Source: Candidatus Saccharimonadota bacterium
GTDB taxonomy: Archaea; Micrarchaeota; Micrarchaeia; Micrarchaeales; Micrarchaeaceae
Direction of reading: 5' to 3'
DNA: 32,000 nucleotides
NCBI GenBank assembly: GCA_963698035.1
Contig: OY969114.1
Span: forward strand, 720,001 to 752,000
The notes under the pieces are model-generated. The model saw only the letters and a program-made list of their open reading frames with translations. It was not told the DNA's origin and searched no databases. This document shows positions 8,141 to 16,894 of this stretch, one piece after another. Each line of letters starts with the position of its first letter. The first letter of the stretch is position 1. Made by a program: the position numbers and the translations under genes.

Positions 8141-8791
8141 ATGGCAACCTCAACAACGCAGGATGCTTCAGGCAGCAGTAAAAAGGACAGGACGAAGATT
8201 TACATAGCAATCGGTGCGGTAGTCATAGTAGTGGTCGCACTAGTGTTTCTGGCATTCGGATCGGGGGGCGCTTCCACCACAACGATCCTACCACTGACAA
8301 ATTCATCACCGATATACATGAGCATACCTCAAGCGCAGGAGCTCCTCGGGTCGCCAATAATAAACTACCCCTCTAATTACACTGCTACAAGCCTATACAA
8401 CTTCACTTTTCCGTTGAACATATCAACCTTAGAGTATGGTGTGCCTACCCTGTCTGGCAATGTCACCAATGGCTGGGTGACCGTGGCATTCGGCACCGGC
8501 AAGAATAACGCAAGCATAGAGTATCTCGTTATTCAAACAGCTAGCGCACCACTAATATCCACGCTTTTTGCCCAGGAATTCTTATTAACTCTCTCTTCGC
8601 CTCCGACCATCATCAAAGGGCAGAAAAACGGAATGAACTACACCTATGAGAACTTCACCAATAGCTCCGGAAGCTTCCGGATGTTTGCAGGATGGAAGGA
8701 CGGCTATGTTTCAGTGGCATACCTGCAGGCAAATAGAGCTGTTTCGAATCTGACACAGATTGCGCAGGTTGTCTCCAGTAACATACCGTGA
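8141..8791 (+). CDS. N-terminally anchored extracellular protein, probable glycoprotein
   Basis: Single N-terminal TM (IYIAIGAVVIVVVALVFLAF). 10 N-x-S/T sequons counted by hand in 216 aa. TATA CTTTTTATTTAAC lies ~33 nt upstream. Confidence 0.6.
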   Translation: MATSTTQDASGSSKKDRTKIYIAIGAVVIVVVALVFLAFGSGGASTTTILPLTNSSPIYMSIPQAQELLGSPIINYPSNYTATSLYNFTFPLNISTLEYGVPTLSGNVTNGWVTVAFGTGKNNASIEYLVIQTASAPLISTLFAQEFLLTLSSPPTIIKGQKNGMNYTYENFTNSSGSFRMFAGWKDGYVSVAYLQANRAVSNLTQIAQVVSSNIP

Positions 8792-8817
8792 GTTTGCTGC
8801 AGCAAGAAAGGAGGCAG

Positions 8818-9672
8818 CTATTTGTAGGCAACGATGCCCCTGTAGCTTTTGCTAACTTTTCTAAAGCCAGCTTCTAGTAATCTGTTAATAGCGCCCTTAG
8901 TATAATCTACCTTATATTCATGTGGCACTCTCCCTCCCCCTACAAAATGGTAGAGAGTTCCGCCGCGTTTCAATACCCTATACAGTTCCTTATAGAAATT
9001 CAGGGAATAAAGATCGCCTTCTATTTTAACATTTGGCGGGTCGTGCAGTATTAAATCAAATTTATTGTCATCAATCTTCATAATCGCTTTAATCACATCA
9101 ATATTTTCCAGGTTTATCTTTTTATTTTTGAAAGCTTCTATTGACCAGGGATTAACCTCGGCAATTTCAATCACGCTTTTTGACGATTCGCACGTGTATA
9201 CTTTTGCTGCACCTTTTTTGACCAGTTCAATCGAAGTATACCCAAGACCGAAACAGGTATCAAAGACTTTACCTGAGACATGCCCCAGTGCTTTAACCTT
9301 GTTTTCTGCCTCTTCTGTCGGTTTAGAAACCGATACCGCATGCATAACGCTTCCGTTTATCCACAGCGTAGGTGGCCAGTCAATATGCGGTTCGTAGAGT
9401 TTATATGCCCGTGAATTTTCAAAACTATATAAGTAAAATAAAGTGTCATTTTCTATAAGAAAGCAATCTTCATTGTGCCTTTTTTTATTTGCAGTTTGCA
9501 GCGTTGATAACTTTATGCGCTGCCCATCAGGAAATAGCAGGTCCTCTCCGGATTTAATTACTTCTTCAGTCGTAATACCGAGATTTAAACTTATTTTTGT
9601 TTTCCCTGGCGCAGACTTAAGAAGCCTTGCTATATGAAATCCAGAAATTACAAACTTTTGATAGCCACTCAT
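8818..9672 (-). CDS. Class I SAM-dependent methyltransferase (archaeal COG2521-like, DPP motif)
   Basis: Motif I DTCFGLGYTSIELVKKGA and motif IV LILHDPPN. The size and N-terminal extension match the predicted-archaeal-methyltransferase family as I recall it. The gene is markedly AT-rich. Confidence 0.75.
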   Translation of the reverse strand: MSGYQKFVISGFHIARLLKSAPGKTKISLNLGITTEEVIKSGEDLLFPDGQRIKLSTLQTANKKRHNEDCFLIENDTLFYLYSFENSRAYKLYEPHIDWPPTLWINGSVMHAVSVSKPTEEAENKVKALGHVSGKVFDTCFGLGYTSIELVKKGAAKVYTCESSKSVIEIAEVNPWSIEAFKNKKINLENIDVIKAIMKIDDNKFDLILHDPPNVKIEGDLYSLNFYKELYRVLKRGGTLYHFVGGGRVPHEYKVDYTKGAINRLLEAGFRKVSKSYRGIVAYK

Positions 9673-9724
9673 AAGGAATAGTTCAACGGCTAACTTTATT
9701 ATTGATACCTATAAGAGGTGTCCC

Positions 9725-9757
9725 CCAAGCCCCAAGCTAGCCTAATAAGCCTAAGAC
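9725..9757 (+). repeat. AAGCC-type array
   Basis: CCAAGCCCCAAGCTAGCCTAATAAGCCTAAGAC, followed by CGCACTAGGGCTAGAGAGCAGAG. Confidence 0.65.
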
Positions 9758-9823
9758 AATCGCACTAGGGCTAGAGAGCAGAGTACTAGGAGCAGCGCAG
9801 CTGGAATCGGTGGCAAACCGAGG

Positions 9824-9840
9824 GAAGGCATAAATACAAT
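9824..9840 (+). promoter_or_regulatory. BRE/TATA GAAGGCATAAATACAAT
   Basis: 37 nt upstream of ATG 9868. Its 13-mer GGCATAAATACAA is identical to 916-928. Confidence 0.55.
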
Positions 9841-9867
9841 ACAAACGAGTTATTTTTGGGCATCTGA

Positions 9868-10503
9868 ATGTCAATCGAAGCGAAAGAAAATGCTAGATTG
9901 AACGAAAAGAAGTGGGATTCAATAGCGGAAACTTACGAAACCAAATATCATGCCTTTTATTTATCATCAGGGCAAAGAAAAGTGGTCTCGCTGTTAGATC
10001 TGACTGGAAACGTGCGCCTTCTAGATCTCAGCTGCGGCACCGCCCGGGCGCTACGCTATGCCCCTGGCTTTGTTAAGGGCAGGGGAGAATACTATGGTAT
10101 AGACATTTCATCGAAAATGATTGAGAAGGCTAAAGAAAAATTTTCAGGTCACAGTAACATAAGCTTTCGCAAGGCAAATGCGGAGAAACTGCCTTTCAAA
10201 AGTGGTTTTTTCGATCTGATAATCTGTACGAATGCATTTCACCATTACTACAACCCTAACAAAGTCCTGAAGGAAGTATGTCGTGTCTTGAAGCCGAAAG
10301 GGAAAATTTATTTGCTGGACATGACTGCAGACATGCTGATCATTAGAATGGCGGACACGATAGCCAAAATGATGGATCGGGGTCACGTAAAGCTGTATTC
10401 CACTGAAGAATACAGAGTGCTTTTCAGAAATGCGGGTTTGAAGTACTTGAAAACCATGCCCATAGGGCCCGTGTCAAAAATCCACGTGGGTGAGAATGGA
10501 TGA
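9868..10503 (+). CDS. Class I SAM-dependent methyltransferase (Methyltransf_11/UbiE-like)
   Basis: LLDLSCGTARAL (motif I), YGIDISSKMIEKA, FDLIICTNAFHHY. Confidence 0.85.
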   Translation: MSIEAKENARLNEKKWDSIAETYETKYHAFYLSSGQRKVVSLLDLTGNVRLLDLSCGTARALRYAPGFVKGRGEYYGIDISSKMIEKAKEKFSGHSNISFRKANAEKLPFKSGFFDLIICTNAFHHYYNPNKVLKEVCRVLKPKGKIYLLDMTADMLIIRMADTIAKMMDRGHVKLYSTEEYRVLFRNAGLKYLKTMPIGPVSKIHVGENG

Positions 10504-10507
10504 TTCA

Positions 10508-10520
10508 CAGCCTCAAGCCC
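10508..10520 (+). repeat. Short AAGCC-type array
   Basis: CAGCCTCAAGCCC, directly abutting the promoter cassette. Confidence 0.45.
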
Positions 10521-10522
10521 TG

Positions 10523-10566
10523 GGAAAGCATAAATATCATGATAAAGTGAGTGATTTTGTGAAGGT
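10523..10566 (+). promoter_or_regulatory. Conserved promoter/5' cassette
   Basis: GGAAAGCATAAATATCATGATAAAGTGAGTGATTTTGTGAAGGT directly precedes ATG 10567. It matches 31658-31704 at 35/47 ungapped positions. Confidence 0.65.
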
Positions 10567-11319
10567 ATGTCTGCAGATGTAACATTAGATCCGAGCTCGA
10601 ACAAAAGAGTGCCTTTAATTAGTCAGGCCACTCCCGCACATGTCTCAATTCTTAAAAGGATTTATTCTAATGCTAAAGAATTAGTAAGGACCGCCGAACC
10701 CGAAACGCATGGGCAGATGGATAGTGAGCAGAGTGTAATAAAATTGGCTGCCGGGACATTAAATCTTAAGATTGTGCATGATGTTGTGCATTCAGAGAAT
10801 CTCACGCATAACGAGGCATCAATTGAGGTATGGGATCAAACAGACTACCACATAAACTTCACCCCAAACGATGGATCTAAAAAAGAAATTGAGATGGGGC
10901 ACATAAAACTAGCACACGGAATAGTCGTTCCGATCAAGACAAGTACATTCAAAGGAACGACAATAGCCCCGCCAGATACGATACAAATGCTGGCAGAAAG
11001 GGGAGTAGGCGCCGATGCAAAAGCGGTAGGTATCGATTCGTTCTTTCCGTTTTCTTTAATGACTAGAGAAAAAGAGAACTTGTATAGATGCAAGGGTATA
11101 GGTAGTGCATTACTAAGTAAAGTATTGGATGATTGTGCATCAGAAAGCGTGGCAGTTGTTATAGTATACACACAAGAGGTTGCGATGGTAGCCCTACTTA
11201 GAAAATTTGGATTCGAACAAGCGAATGAATACTCTTATTTCAAAGTTCTAAGCCAAGCCCAAGCACCGGGAAGGAGAGCAGGGGAGTCAAGAGCAGTCGC
11301 AACACAGGGAAAAGCGTAA
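10567..11319 (+). CDS. Hypothetical protein with C-terminal GNAT-like acetyltransferase motif
   Basis: YRCKGIGSALLSKVL...LLRKFGFEQ fits GNAT motif A (R-x-x-G-x-G). The N-terminal ~170 aa are unassigned. The last ~24 codons run through an intergenic-type repeat. Confidence 0.6.
   Translation: MSADVTLDPSSNKRVPLISQATPAHVSILKRIYSNAKELVRTAEPETHGQMDSEQSVIKLAAGTLNLKIVHDVVHSENLTHNEASIEVWDQTDYHINFTPNDGSKKEIEMGHIKLAHGIVVPIKTSTFKGTTIAPPDTIQMLAERGVGADAKAVGIDSFFPFSLMTREKENLYRCKGIGSALLSKVLDDCASESVAVVIVYTQEVAMVALLRKFGFEQANEYSYFKVLSQAQAPGRRAGESRAVATQGKA
11248..11286 (+). repeat. AAGCC-type array plus purine box (inside the 3' end of an ORF)
   Basis: CTAAGCCAAGCCCAAGCACCGGGAAGGAGAGCAGGGGAG. Confidence 0.65.
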
Positions 11320-11352
11320 ATATCTAAATATAATGAATATTTTTGTGATACT
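11310..11352 (+). promoter_or_regulatory. Conserved promoter/5' cassette
   Basis: AAAAGCGTAAATATCTAAATATAATGAATATTTTTGTGATACT precedes ATG 11353. The TAA inside the TATA box is the stop codon of the upstream ORF. Confidence 0.6.
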
Positions 11353-11652
11353 ATGCCAGAAACGCCAAAAGAAATGATGGAACGTAGAAGGGCGGGGCTC
11401 GTGGGAGAGAGGCCTGCCCCAGAGTCTACAACCGGCAGCGTTCCAGCAGAGAAGTCTGAGGCACCAGCATTGGACACTCCCGAAGCCATACACTCGCAGG
11501 CTGTTAGGCACGAAGCCGCGATTGCAAATATCTTTGAAGCAACACAGCTCCTCAGGACCCAAATGACGAGAGAGCAATATAAACCTAAAACTACAACCAG
11601 CACCCCGGATCAAAGCCCTAGCAAGGAAAAGCCTAAGCCACCCAAGTCCTAA
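11353..11652 (+). CDS. Low-complexity, probably disordered P/E/K/T-rich protein
   Basis: Strong cassette promoter and GTGA-N4-ATG context. No recognisable domain. The C-terminus (KEKPKPPKS) is encoded by an AAGCC-type array. Confidence 0.4.
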   Translation: MPETPKEMMERRRAGLVGERPAPESTTGSVPAEKSEAPALDTPEAIHSQAVRHEAAIANIFEATQLLRTQMTREQYKPKTTTSTPDQSPSKEKPKPPKS

Positions 11653-11655
11653 GAA
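11611..11655 (+). repeat. AAGCC-type array (spans an ORF stop)
   Basis: CAAAGCCCTAGCAAGGAAAAGCCTAAGCCACCCAAGTCCTAAGAA. Confidence 0.55.
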
Positions 11656-11672
11656 GTAGTTGGCAGTCTAAT

Positions 11673-12407
11673 CTATATATTTATCAACGATGTCAGCAGC
11701 ATTATGAGGAAGGCGCCGGCGCATATCAGCAGCATCATTTTAGCCTGAGAATGTTTGAACGTTTCCGGCAGAAGATGCGAAGCGCCAAGGTACAGGAACT
11801 CGCCGGAGAACATGGCAAGCAGGAAAGCAAGAGGCACCACCCCCATGTTCACCGCAAATGTGGTGAATACCCCAAGCACCGGCGCCACCGCATCGATAGC
11901 CAGGAACAGAGTGGTCCTGGACAACCGCTGCTTGTTCTTGAGCATTACTGTCACCGTGTTTATTCCATCTGTGAAGTCATGGAATATCACTGCTAAAGCT
12001 ACCACAATGCCTATAGCCGGGCTTGCCAGATAAGCCGTGCCTATGGCAACGCCGTCAAGAAAGCTGTGTATCGACAGGCTGCCCGCGCCCACGGGGCCCA
12101 TCATATGCTTGCCCTCCTCATTCTGATTGTGGAAGTGATGGGTTAGCAGGAACCTTTCCAGGCTGTTGTAGAACAGGTAGGAGAGCACGACGGTTATTAA
12201 CAGGTATCTTATTGGTATTGCATTGGCTTGCGCTATGCTAAGTCCCTCTGGAAGGAGGTCAAGGAAGGCAACAGCTATCAGAGCGCCCGATGCGAACGCG
12301 AAGAAATAGGGCTGTGCTCTCCTGAGCTTTATCGCTGTAACGCCTCCTATCAGCGTTGAAACAAGCGTTGCAAACGCAAGTATTATTACTATGATTCCAG
12401 GTGCCAC
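11673..12407 (-). CDS. ZIP-family divalent metal transporter (ZupT-like)
   Basis: HSFLDGVAIG and HDFTDGIN motifs in a polytopic membrane protein. GTG start. Confidence 0.85.
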   Translation of the reverse strand: MAPGIIVIILAFATLVSTLIGGVTAIKLRRAQPYFFAFASGALIAVAFLDLLPEGLSIAQANAIPIRYLLITVVLSYLFYNSLERFLLTHHFHNQNEEGKHMMGPVGAGSLSIHSFLDGVAIGTAYLASPAIGIVVALAVIFHDFTDGINTVTVMLKNKQRLSRTTLFLAIDAVAPVLGVFTTFAVNMGVVPLAFLLAMFSGEFLYLGASHLLPETFKHSQAKMMLLICAGAFLIMLLTSLINI

Positions 12408-12436
12408 ACGCAGCTTTCTCTACAAAGAATTAAAGC

Positions 12437-12480
12437 TTTAGCCCGAGCCCTCTCCAAGCCCTAGAGGGGGTAGTGGGTTT
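12437..12480 (+). repeat. AAGCC-type array plus G box, flanked only by minus-strand genes
   Basis: TTTAGCCCGAGCCCTCTCCAAGCCCTAGAGGGGGTAGTGGGTTT. Confidence 0.6.
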
Positions 12481-12491
12481 GGCTAAGGAAT

Positions 12492-13295
12492 TTACATTAT
12501 ACTGCACACCACCTTGCCATTCTCTACTCTTGCCTCAAGCACCTTGCCATCCCCTATGTCCTTCCAACCACGATTATCATCCATAGGCTCTGATGCTATC
12601 AGCGCCTTGTCTTTCTCCACGCGGTAGCACATCTTGTAAACCTCCCTTGCTTTATCTGAAACTGTACCCTTGCCATTATATTCATACCTGTTGAACGCAT
12701 ACATCCTCCTGCCGTCTGTGAAGATGGCATTCAGGCTGCTGAACGGCCCCTCGGCCTTGGTCTTGCTCCTGCTGTAAGTAATATTGATGAACTCCTCGGC
12801 ACCCCTAAACGCGGCCGCAGCATCATCGTTGTTCTCTTCAAGGCTCTTGATGAATGCGATAAAGTAGGATTCGCTGTCATTGAGGCTGGCAGGCTTCAGC
12901 TTGAATCCCTCGAGCCTCTCGTTCATCTGGTCTGGTATTTTTACCGTGCCGTTGTGCGCGAACATGTATCGTCCATAAGCGAATGGCTGGGTAGACTCGA
13001 TGTTTATCAGCCTGCTTATATTCATATTCCTCGGATTGCTGGCTTTCCTTATGAATAAGAGCCAACACCTGGACATGTATAAATCGGCTATGACTTTTGC
13101 TGCCCGATAATCCTTTGCAAACGGCAATGTGCTTCTTGTAAGCAAGCATATCCTGCGATATTTGTAGAAGCCGATCCCCCAGCCATCCTTATGACCTTCC
13201 ACCTCAGCCTGCCTCAGGAAAGAATATTTTGATTCGAACAGCTGCGCATGAGGTCTGGTTTCCCCGCTTGAGAGGATGCCTAGCAGCCTGCACAT
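12492..13295 (-). CDS. Class II (Ntn) glutamine amidotransferase, stand-alone YafJ-like
   Basis: The MCRLLG N-terminus provides the Cys nucleophile after Met removal. DGWGIGFY and AHNGTV are also present. The track start at 13298 is a TTG one codon upstream of the ATG. Confidence 0.8.
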   Translation of the reverse strand: MCRLLGILSSGETRPHAQLFESKYSFLRQAEVEGHKDGWGIGFYKYRRICLLTRSTLPFAKDYRAAKVIADLYMSRCWLLFIRKASNPRNMNISRLINIESTQPFAYGRYMFAHNGTVKIPDQMNERLEGFKLKPASLNDSESYFIAFIKSLEENNDDAAAAFRGAEEFINITYSRSKTKAEGPFSSLNAIFTDGRRMYAFNRYEYNGKGTVSDKAREVYKMCYRVEKDKALIASEPMDDNRGWKDIGDGKVLEARVENGKVVCSIM

Positions 13296-13439
13296 CAACC
13301 CACAATAGGTATCATCTAGTAAGAACTTAATAATCTTATGCTGAATTACTGAGAAGATTGCCTGGACCCAGCCGCAAAACCTAAAAGTATCAAAGAATAT
13401 TTAAACTCCTGATTCAATAAGGTAAGCAACGGGGGCATT

Positions 13440-15323
13440 ATGGCAGACACAAATAGCAAGGGCAGCAATACCACGAAATACGCTACAGCTGCGATAGTTG
13501 TAGTGATCATAGCGGGCGTACTATTTTTCAGCTTAAGGAGCAGCATTCTGATAACAACAAGCACAACCACAATCACAAGCGTGGGACCGGGACTAGGTAA
13601 TTTATCAATACAGCTCACCGACCCCCCAACGGTGCCTGCCGGTACGCAGTCATTAATAGTCGCGTATTCTGGCGTAGACCTGCATGAGACCGGGATGACA
13701 AATTCCACTGGCTTCATGGATTTCCCTGTAAGCGGAACGATAAACCTGCTGAACCTCACAAACGTAAGCCAGACCATAGCCGTTATAAGGGCCCAGGCGA
13801 ACCAGAGCTTCAATATGATAAGGTTTGACATAAAGTCAGCAAACATCACGATAAACAATGTCACATATAATGTAACGGTTGCTGTCAGCGGGGTAGTGGC
13901 CAGAATAAACAGCAGCGTCAACGCAGCGTCAAGCGGAGGGGTGCTCATTGATCTCTCGCCTACGGTGCTGCAAGTGTACACCAATGCAAACCAGAGCATA
14001 TTCGTTATGGTGCCTTCGGTAGGTGCGGTCGCAATAGGCAAAGGCACATTGAGCAGCAAGGTCGTCTCCAGTGTAGGCGCAACTGCAGCCCTGTCCGGCA
14101 ACCTGGCTACAGCAATCCATGCGCAGAGACCCAACATTTCGATAACCCTGGCAGCAGCCTCCGAAGCAGGCAACCTGACGCAATTGCGCATCTCGGTAAA
14201 GAACAACGGCAACTCCACGGTGCGGCTCAGCGACGTCGTGGTGAGGGGCTTCATGGAAGCAATGCCCGCCTTTGGCAGCTGGACTTGGCCTCCGGGGGTG
14301 GCCAATCCCGGAGTTGAGATTTCTGCTCCAATAAATACAGAACCCACGGTCGGGATAGGTTCAACAATACCACTAAATTCAAGCCTGAACTCAACCGTGG
14401 TTGCAGACCTGCATGCCGGTCCAGCCGGAGCTACAACTGGCGGCACGCTCTCCGCATCAGCAGCTTTGGGTGTGGATGAGGCAGAGATATTCTACAGGGA
14501 CTTCCACAACCAGCTGAACTTCATGGTTGAATCCAATGGCACTTTAGAGCTGCCTTATGACGTGGCCATGGTAGCATGTCCTGCTATAATAGTGAGCGGT
14601 GGCAATGCCACTGCGGTTATGCCAAACTGCCAGATCGGCAGTTTTGGATACTCGCTGGCTCCGGGCGCATCTGTCAACCTGACCTTCAGCGGCGTCATAA
14701 CAATGCCGAACGTGGGCGTGGTGGTATCCACCAACGTAGGGGTGCAGCCAGAGTCGTCGGCATCTGCGGCAATTGCAGGGCCGAGGGTCGGCAGTGCGGT
14801 AATAGTGCTGATACCCAACCAGACCTATAGTGTGGCGGTCCATGGAAACAGGGGGGCATCCGCCTCCGCCAAAGTGACCGCAACGGGATACATCACGAGC
14901 TACAGGCCCGGGATAGTAGATGTAACCAGCGTAGACCTGGGCTTGCACGACACATCAAGCGGGACCACATACAACGAGACGATGTCCGGCTTTATATCGC
15001 ACACCAATTCCACAGTCGCCTACTCCATATACAGCTACGGCGGGGTATACGCAACTGCATTGCCAAGGCTTCCATCATACTTGCTTAACGTTACCGGGTT
15101 CCAGGTGAACACCGCAGGCTTCACCCTATTGAACTACAGCGTTGTCGTGCAGCCGTCACCGCCCTGCCCCGTGTGTGCACCTGGGCAAGTCTGCCCCGAT
15201 TATTGCATAGCCGGAACCGGCAAGCTGTATCTGCTGCACATCCGGGTACCGCCAGTCAACTACACAGGAACGCTTTCGATAACCGAGGATTACACAAGCA
15301 TTACTAATATAACGGCGACTTAG
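13440..15323 (+). CDS. Large N-terminally anchored surface glycoprotein (S-layer-like candidate)
   Basis: N-terminal TM AAIVVVIIAGVLFFSL. 26 N-x-S/T sequons counted by hand in 627 aa. T/S/V/G-rich beta-type composition, with a Cys cluster CPVCAPGQVCPDYC near the C-terminus. Confidence 0.7.
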   Translation: MADTNSKGSNTTKYATAAIVVVIIAGVLFFSLRSSILITTSTTTITSVGPGLGNLSIQLTDPPTVPAGTQSLIVAYSGVDLHETGMTNSTGFMDFPVSGTINLLNLTNVSQTIAVIRAQANQSFNMIRFDIKSANITINNVTYNVTVAVSGVVARINSSVNAASSGGVLIDLSPTVLQVYTNANQSIFVMVPSVGAVAIGKGTLSSKVVSSVGATAALSGNLATAIHAQRPNISITLAAASEAGNLTQLRISVKNNGNSTVRLSDVVVRGFMEAMPAFGSWTWPPGVANPGVEISAPINTEPTVGIGSTIPLNSSLNSTVVADLHAGPAGATTGGTLSASAALGVDEAEIFYRDFHNQLNFMVESNGTLELPYDVAMVACPAIIVSGGNATAVMPNCQIGSFGYSLAPGASVNLTFSGVITMPNVGVVVSTNVGVQPESSASAAIAGPRVGSAVIVLIPNQTYSVAVHGNRGASASAKVTATGYITSYRPGIVDVTSVDLGLHDTSSGTTYNETMSGFISHTNSTVAYSIYSYGGVYATALPRLPSYLLNVTGFQVNTAGFTLLNYSVVVQPSPPCPVCAPGQVCPDYCIAGTGKLYLLHIRVPPVNYTGTLSITEDYTSITNITAT

Positions 15324-15379
15324 CGCAAGGGCCAGAATCCTCTAAGCTTTGTAGTTTAACTCTTGATTTTGCAGCCTTA

Positions 15380-15553
15380 TTATTTTAGCTCTAATTTGCT
15401 TGCTTCGGCCTTAAATCCGGACTTCATATGGGCCCCGTCGCAGAAAGGCTTCTTTGAAGAATGGCCGCATCTGCATAATGCAAACTCTACTTTTTCCTCT
15501 TTCTTGACCAGTATTGGTCCGTCTTTTATAAATTCAAGTTCTATTTTCTGCAT
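15380..15553 (-). CDS. CDGSH iron-sulfur domain protein
   Basis: CRCGHSSKKPFCDGAH matches the CDGSH signature C-x-C-x2-S-x3-P-x-C-D-G-x-H. Start set to MQKIELEF (15553) from the TATA ATATATAAAG about 36 nt upstream. Confidence 0.8.
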   Translation of the reverse strand: MQKIELEFIKDGPILVKKEEKVEFALCRCGHSSKKPFCDGAHMKSGFKAEASKLELK

Positions 15554-15652
15554 ATTAACCCCAAATGAATATTGGCACACTATCTTTATATATCCCCAAT
15601 GACCACCGCCTTCTTAGCACGCTGAGGAAAGCTTACTGGCTCCATTTTCTGC

Positions 15653-16894
15653 CTATCCTACACTGAGGCCTTTTACTCTTAGGTCACCAACAACTACATG
15701 TTCGTCTATTCTCTTTTTGATGGATGTAGACTCTATACCCCTTAAAAGCGATAACAGATCGCCAGCTATTATCACATCTTTTACTCCCTGCGTGCATCCA
15801 TTCATGTTTCTCCATGCAACATCAGCGGAGACGCTGAACCTACCAGTGCAGGTATCGCTTTCGTGTACACCCTGGAGGTAGTCAACTACTAGAGCGTCCT
15901 GTGTTACATCCCTCTCTTCCCTCGCCTTTATCACAAGGTTAGAGACACCATCCGCCGATGCTGTGTTTTTCGCTGAGGCCTTTCGCGCCCAATATTCATC
16001 ATAAAGGAAATTCTCAACCTCACCACCCCCAAGTAAAGTTATTGGTGATTTCCTCTGCCCAGCAGCATCGAACGTACGGCTGTACGTGCTGTTTCGTACA
16101 GCAGGATCATCGATAATAGAGATATCGGGGTTACCTATCTCCATTCCCTTTCCCAATGGTGTGCGCTGTCTGTAGAGATTTTCGCCCCAGAAGGCATCTG
16201 CTAATAGAGACCCAAACAGTTGTACAGAAGCCAAGGAGGTAAACACCACCTCATCGTACCTCTTATCGTTCTTTACCACAGTTTTAAGGGCCTCTTTTTT
16301 TCTAGCAACCGAATCCTTGATGTCACCAACGCTTATGTTTAATGCTGTCGAACTAATCTCTTCACCCACATCTGGTAATGGCCCGCCCATTCTGCTTCTC
16401 AAGGAGACAGCCATACCGAGGGCGATGGAAGATCTCCATTCTTCTATATCAGTACCTTCTGTACTTATGACCCTTTTTCTATAGTTTCCTGCAGAGACCT
16501 GTGCTCCGGTCAAATTCCACTTAGGCGTGTCGGTCAACTCCAAAAATATCTGTTTTATTTTATCAACACCGTCTGCAAGATTGAACTTCAAATTGACACT
16601 TGATCTCCCTGCGCTATCTCCTGACGGGAGCCCCCGGCTCTTGTCCCTCTCTGAAACCGCAGCCATCCGCATTGCACGTTCCGCAAGCTCGTTATTAAAT
16701 ACGTTTGAGTTTGCAATACCAATTCTTCCGTCTTTTACAACCTCCAATCTATAGCCAACTCCTGTAGAGCCTACCGAAGACGTCGCCATCGCCCAATCTA
16801 GCTCAAACGATAGCTCTCTGGAGTCAACCAGAAGAAGTTCGGCTTGGTAGCCCTCGTGCCTCAGTCTGTTAAGTGCAGAATAATAACCACCCAT
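15653..16894 (-). CDS. pmbA: PmbA/TldE-family protein (non-catalytic partner of TldD)
   Basis: TldD/PmbA-family length and C-terminal pattern, without an HExxxH motif. Its ATG overlaps the TAA of the restored tldD frame (TAATG). Confidence 0.85.
   Translation of the reverse strand: MGGYYSALNRLRHEGYQAELLLVDSRELSFELDWAMATSSVGSTGVGYRLEVVKDGRIGIANSNVFNNELAERAMRMAAVSERDKSRGLPSGDSAGRSSVNLKFNLADGVDKIKQIFLELTDTPKWNLTGAQVSAGNYRKRVISTEGTDIEEWRSSIALGMAVSLRSRMGGPLPDVGEEISSTALNISVGDIKDSVARKKEALKTVVKNDKRYDEVVFTSLASVQLFGSLLADAFWGENLYRQRTPLGKGMEIGNPDISIIDDPAVRNSTYSRTFDAAGQRKSPITLLGGGEVENFLYDEYWARKASAKNTASADGVSNLVIKAREERDVTQDALVVDYLQGVHESDTCTGRFSVSADVAWRNMNGCTQGVKDVIIAGDLLSLLRGIESTSIKKRIDEHVVVGDLRVKGLSVG

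Noticed and set aside
11235-11613. Two overlapping minus-strand ORFs (122 and 108 aa)
   Set aside because: They span the plus-oriented repeat and promoter cassette and are antisense to the 11353 ORF, which has the conserved promoter and start context. Confidence in any coding here is still only moderate.
13346-14446. 366-aa ORF on the minus strand
   Set aside because: It is entirely antisense to the 5' half of the 627-aa glycoprotein gene. Its composition is a low-complexity mirror of that gene's T/S/V/A codons. It has no promoter context and crosses the glycoprotein promoter. It is a shadow ORF.
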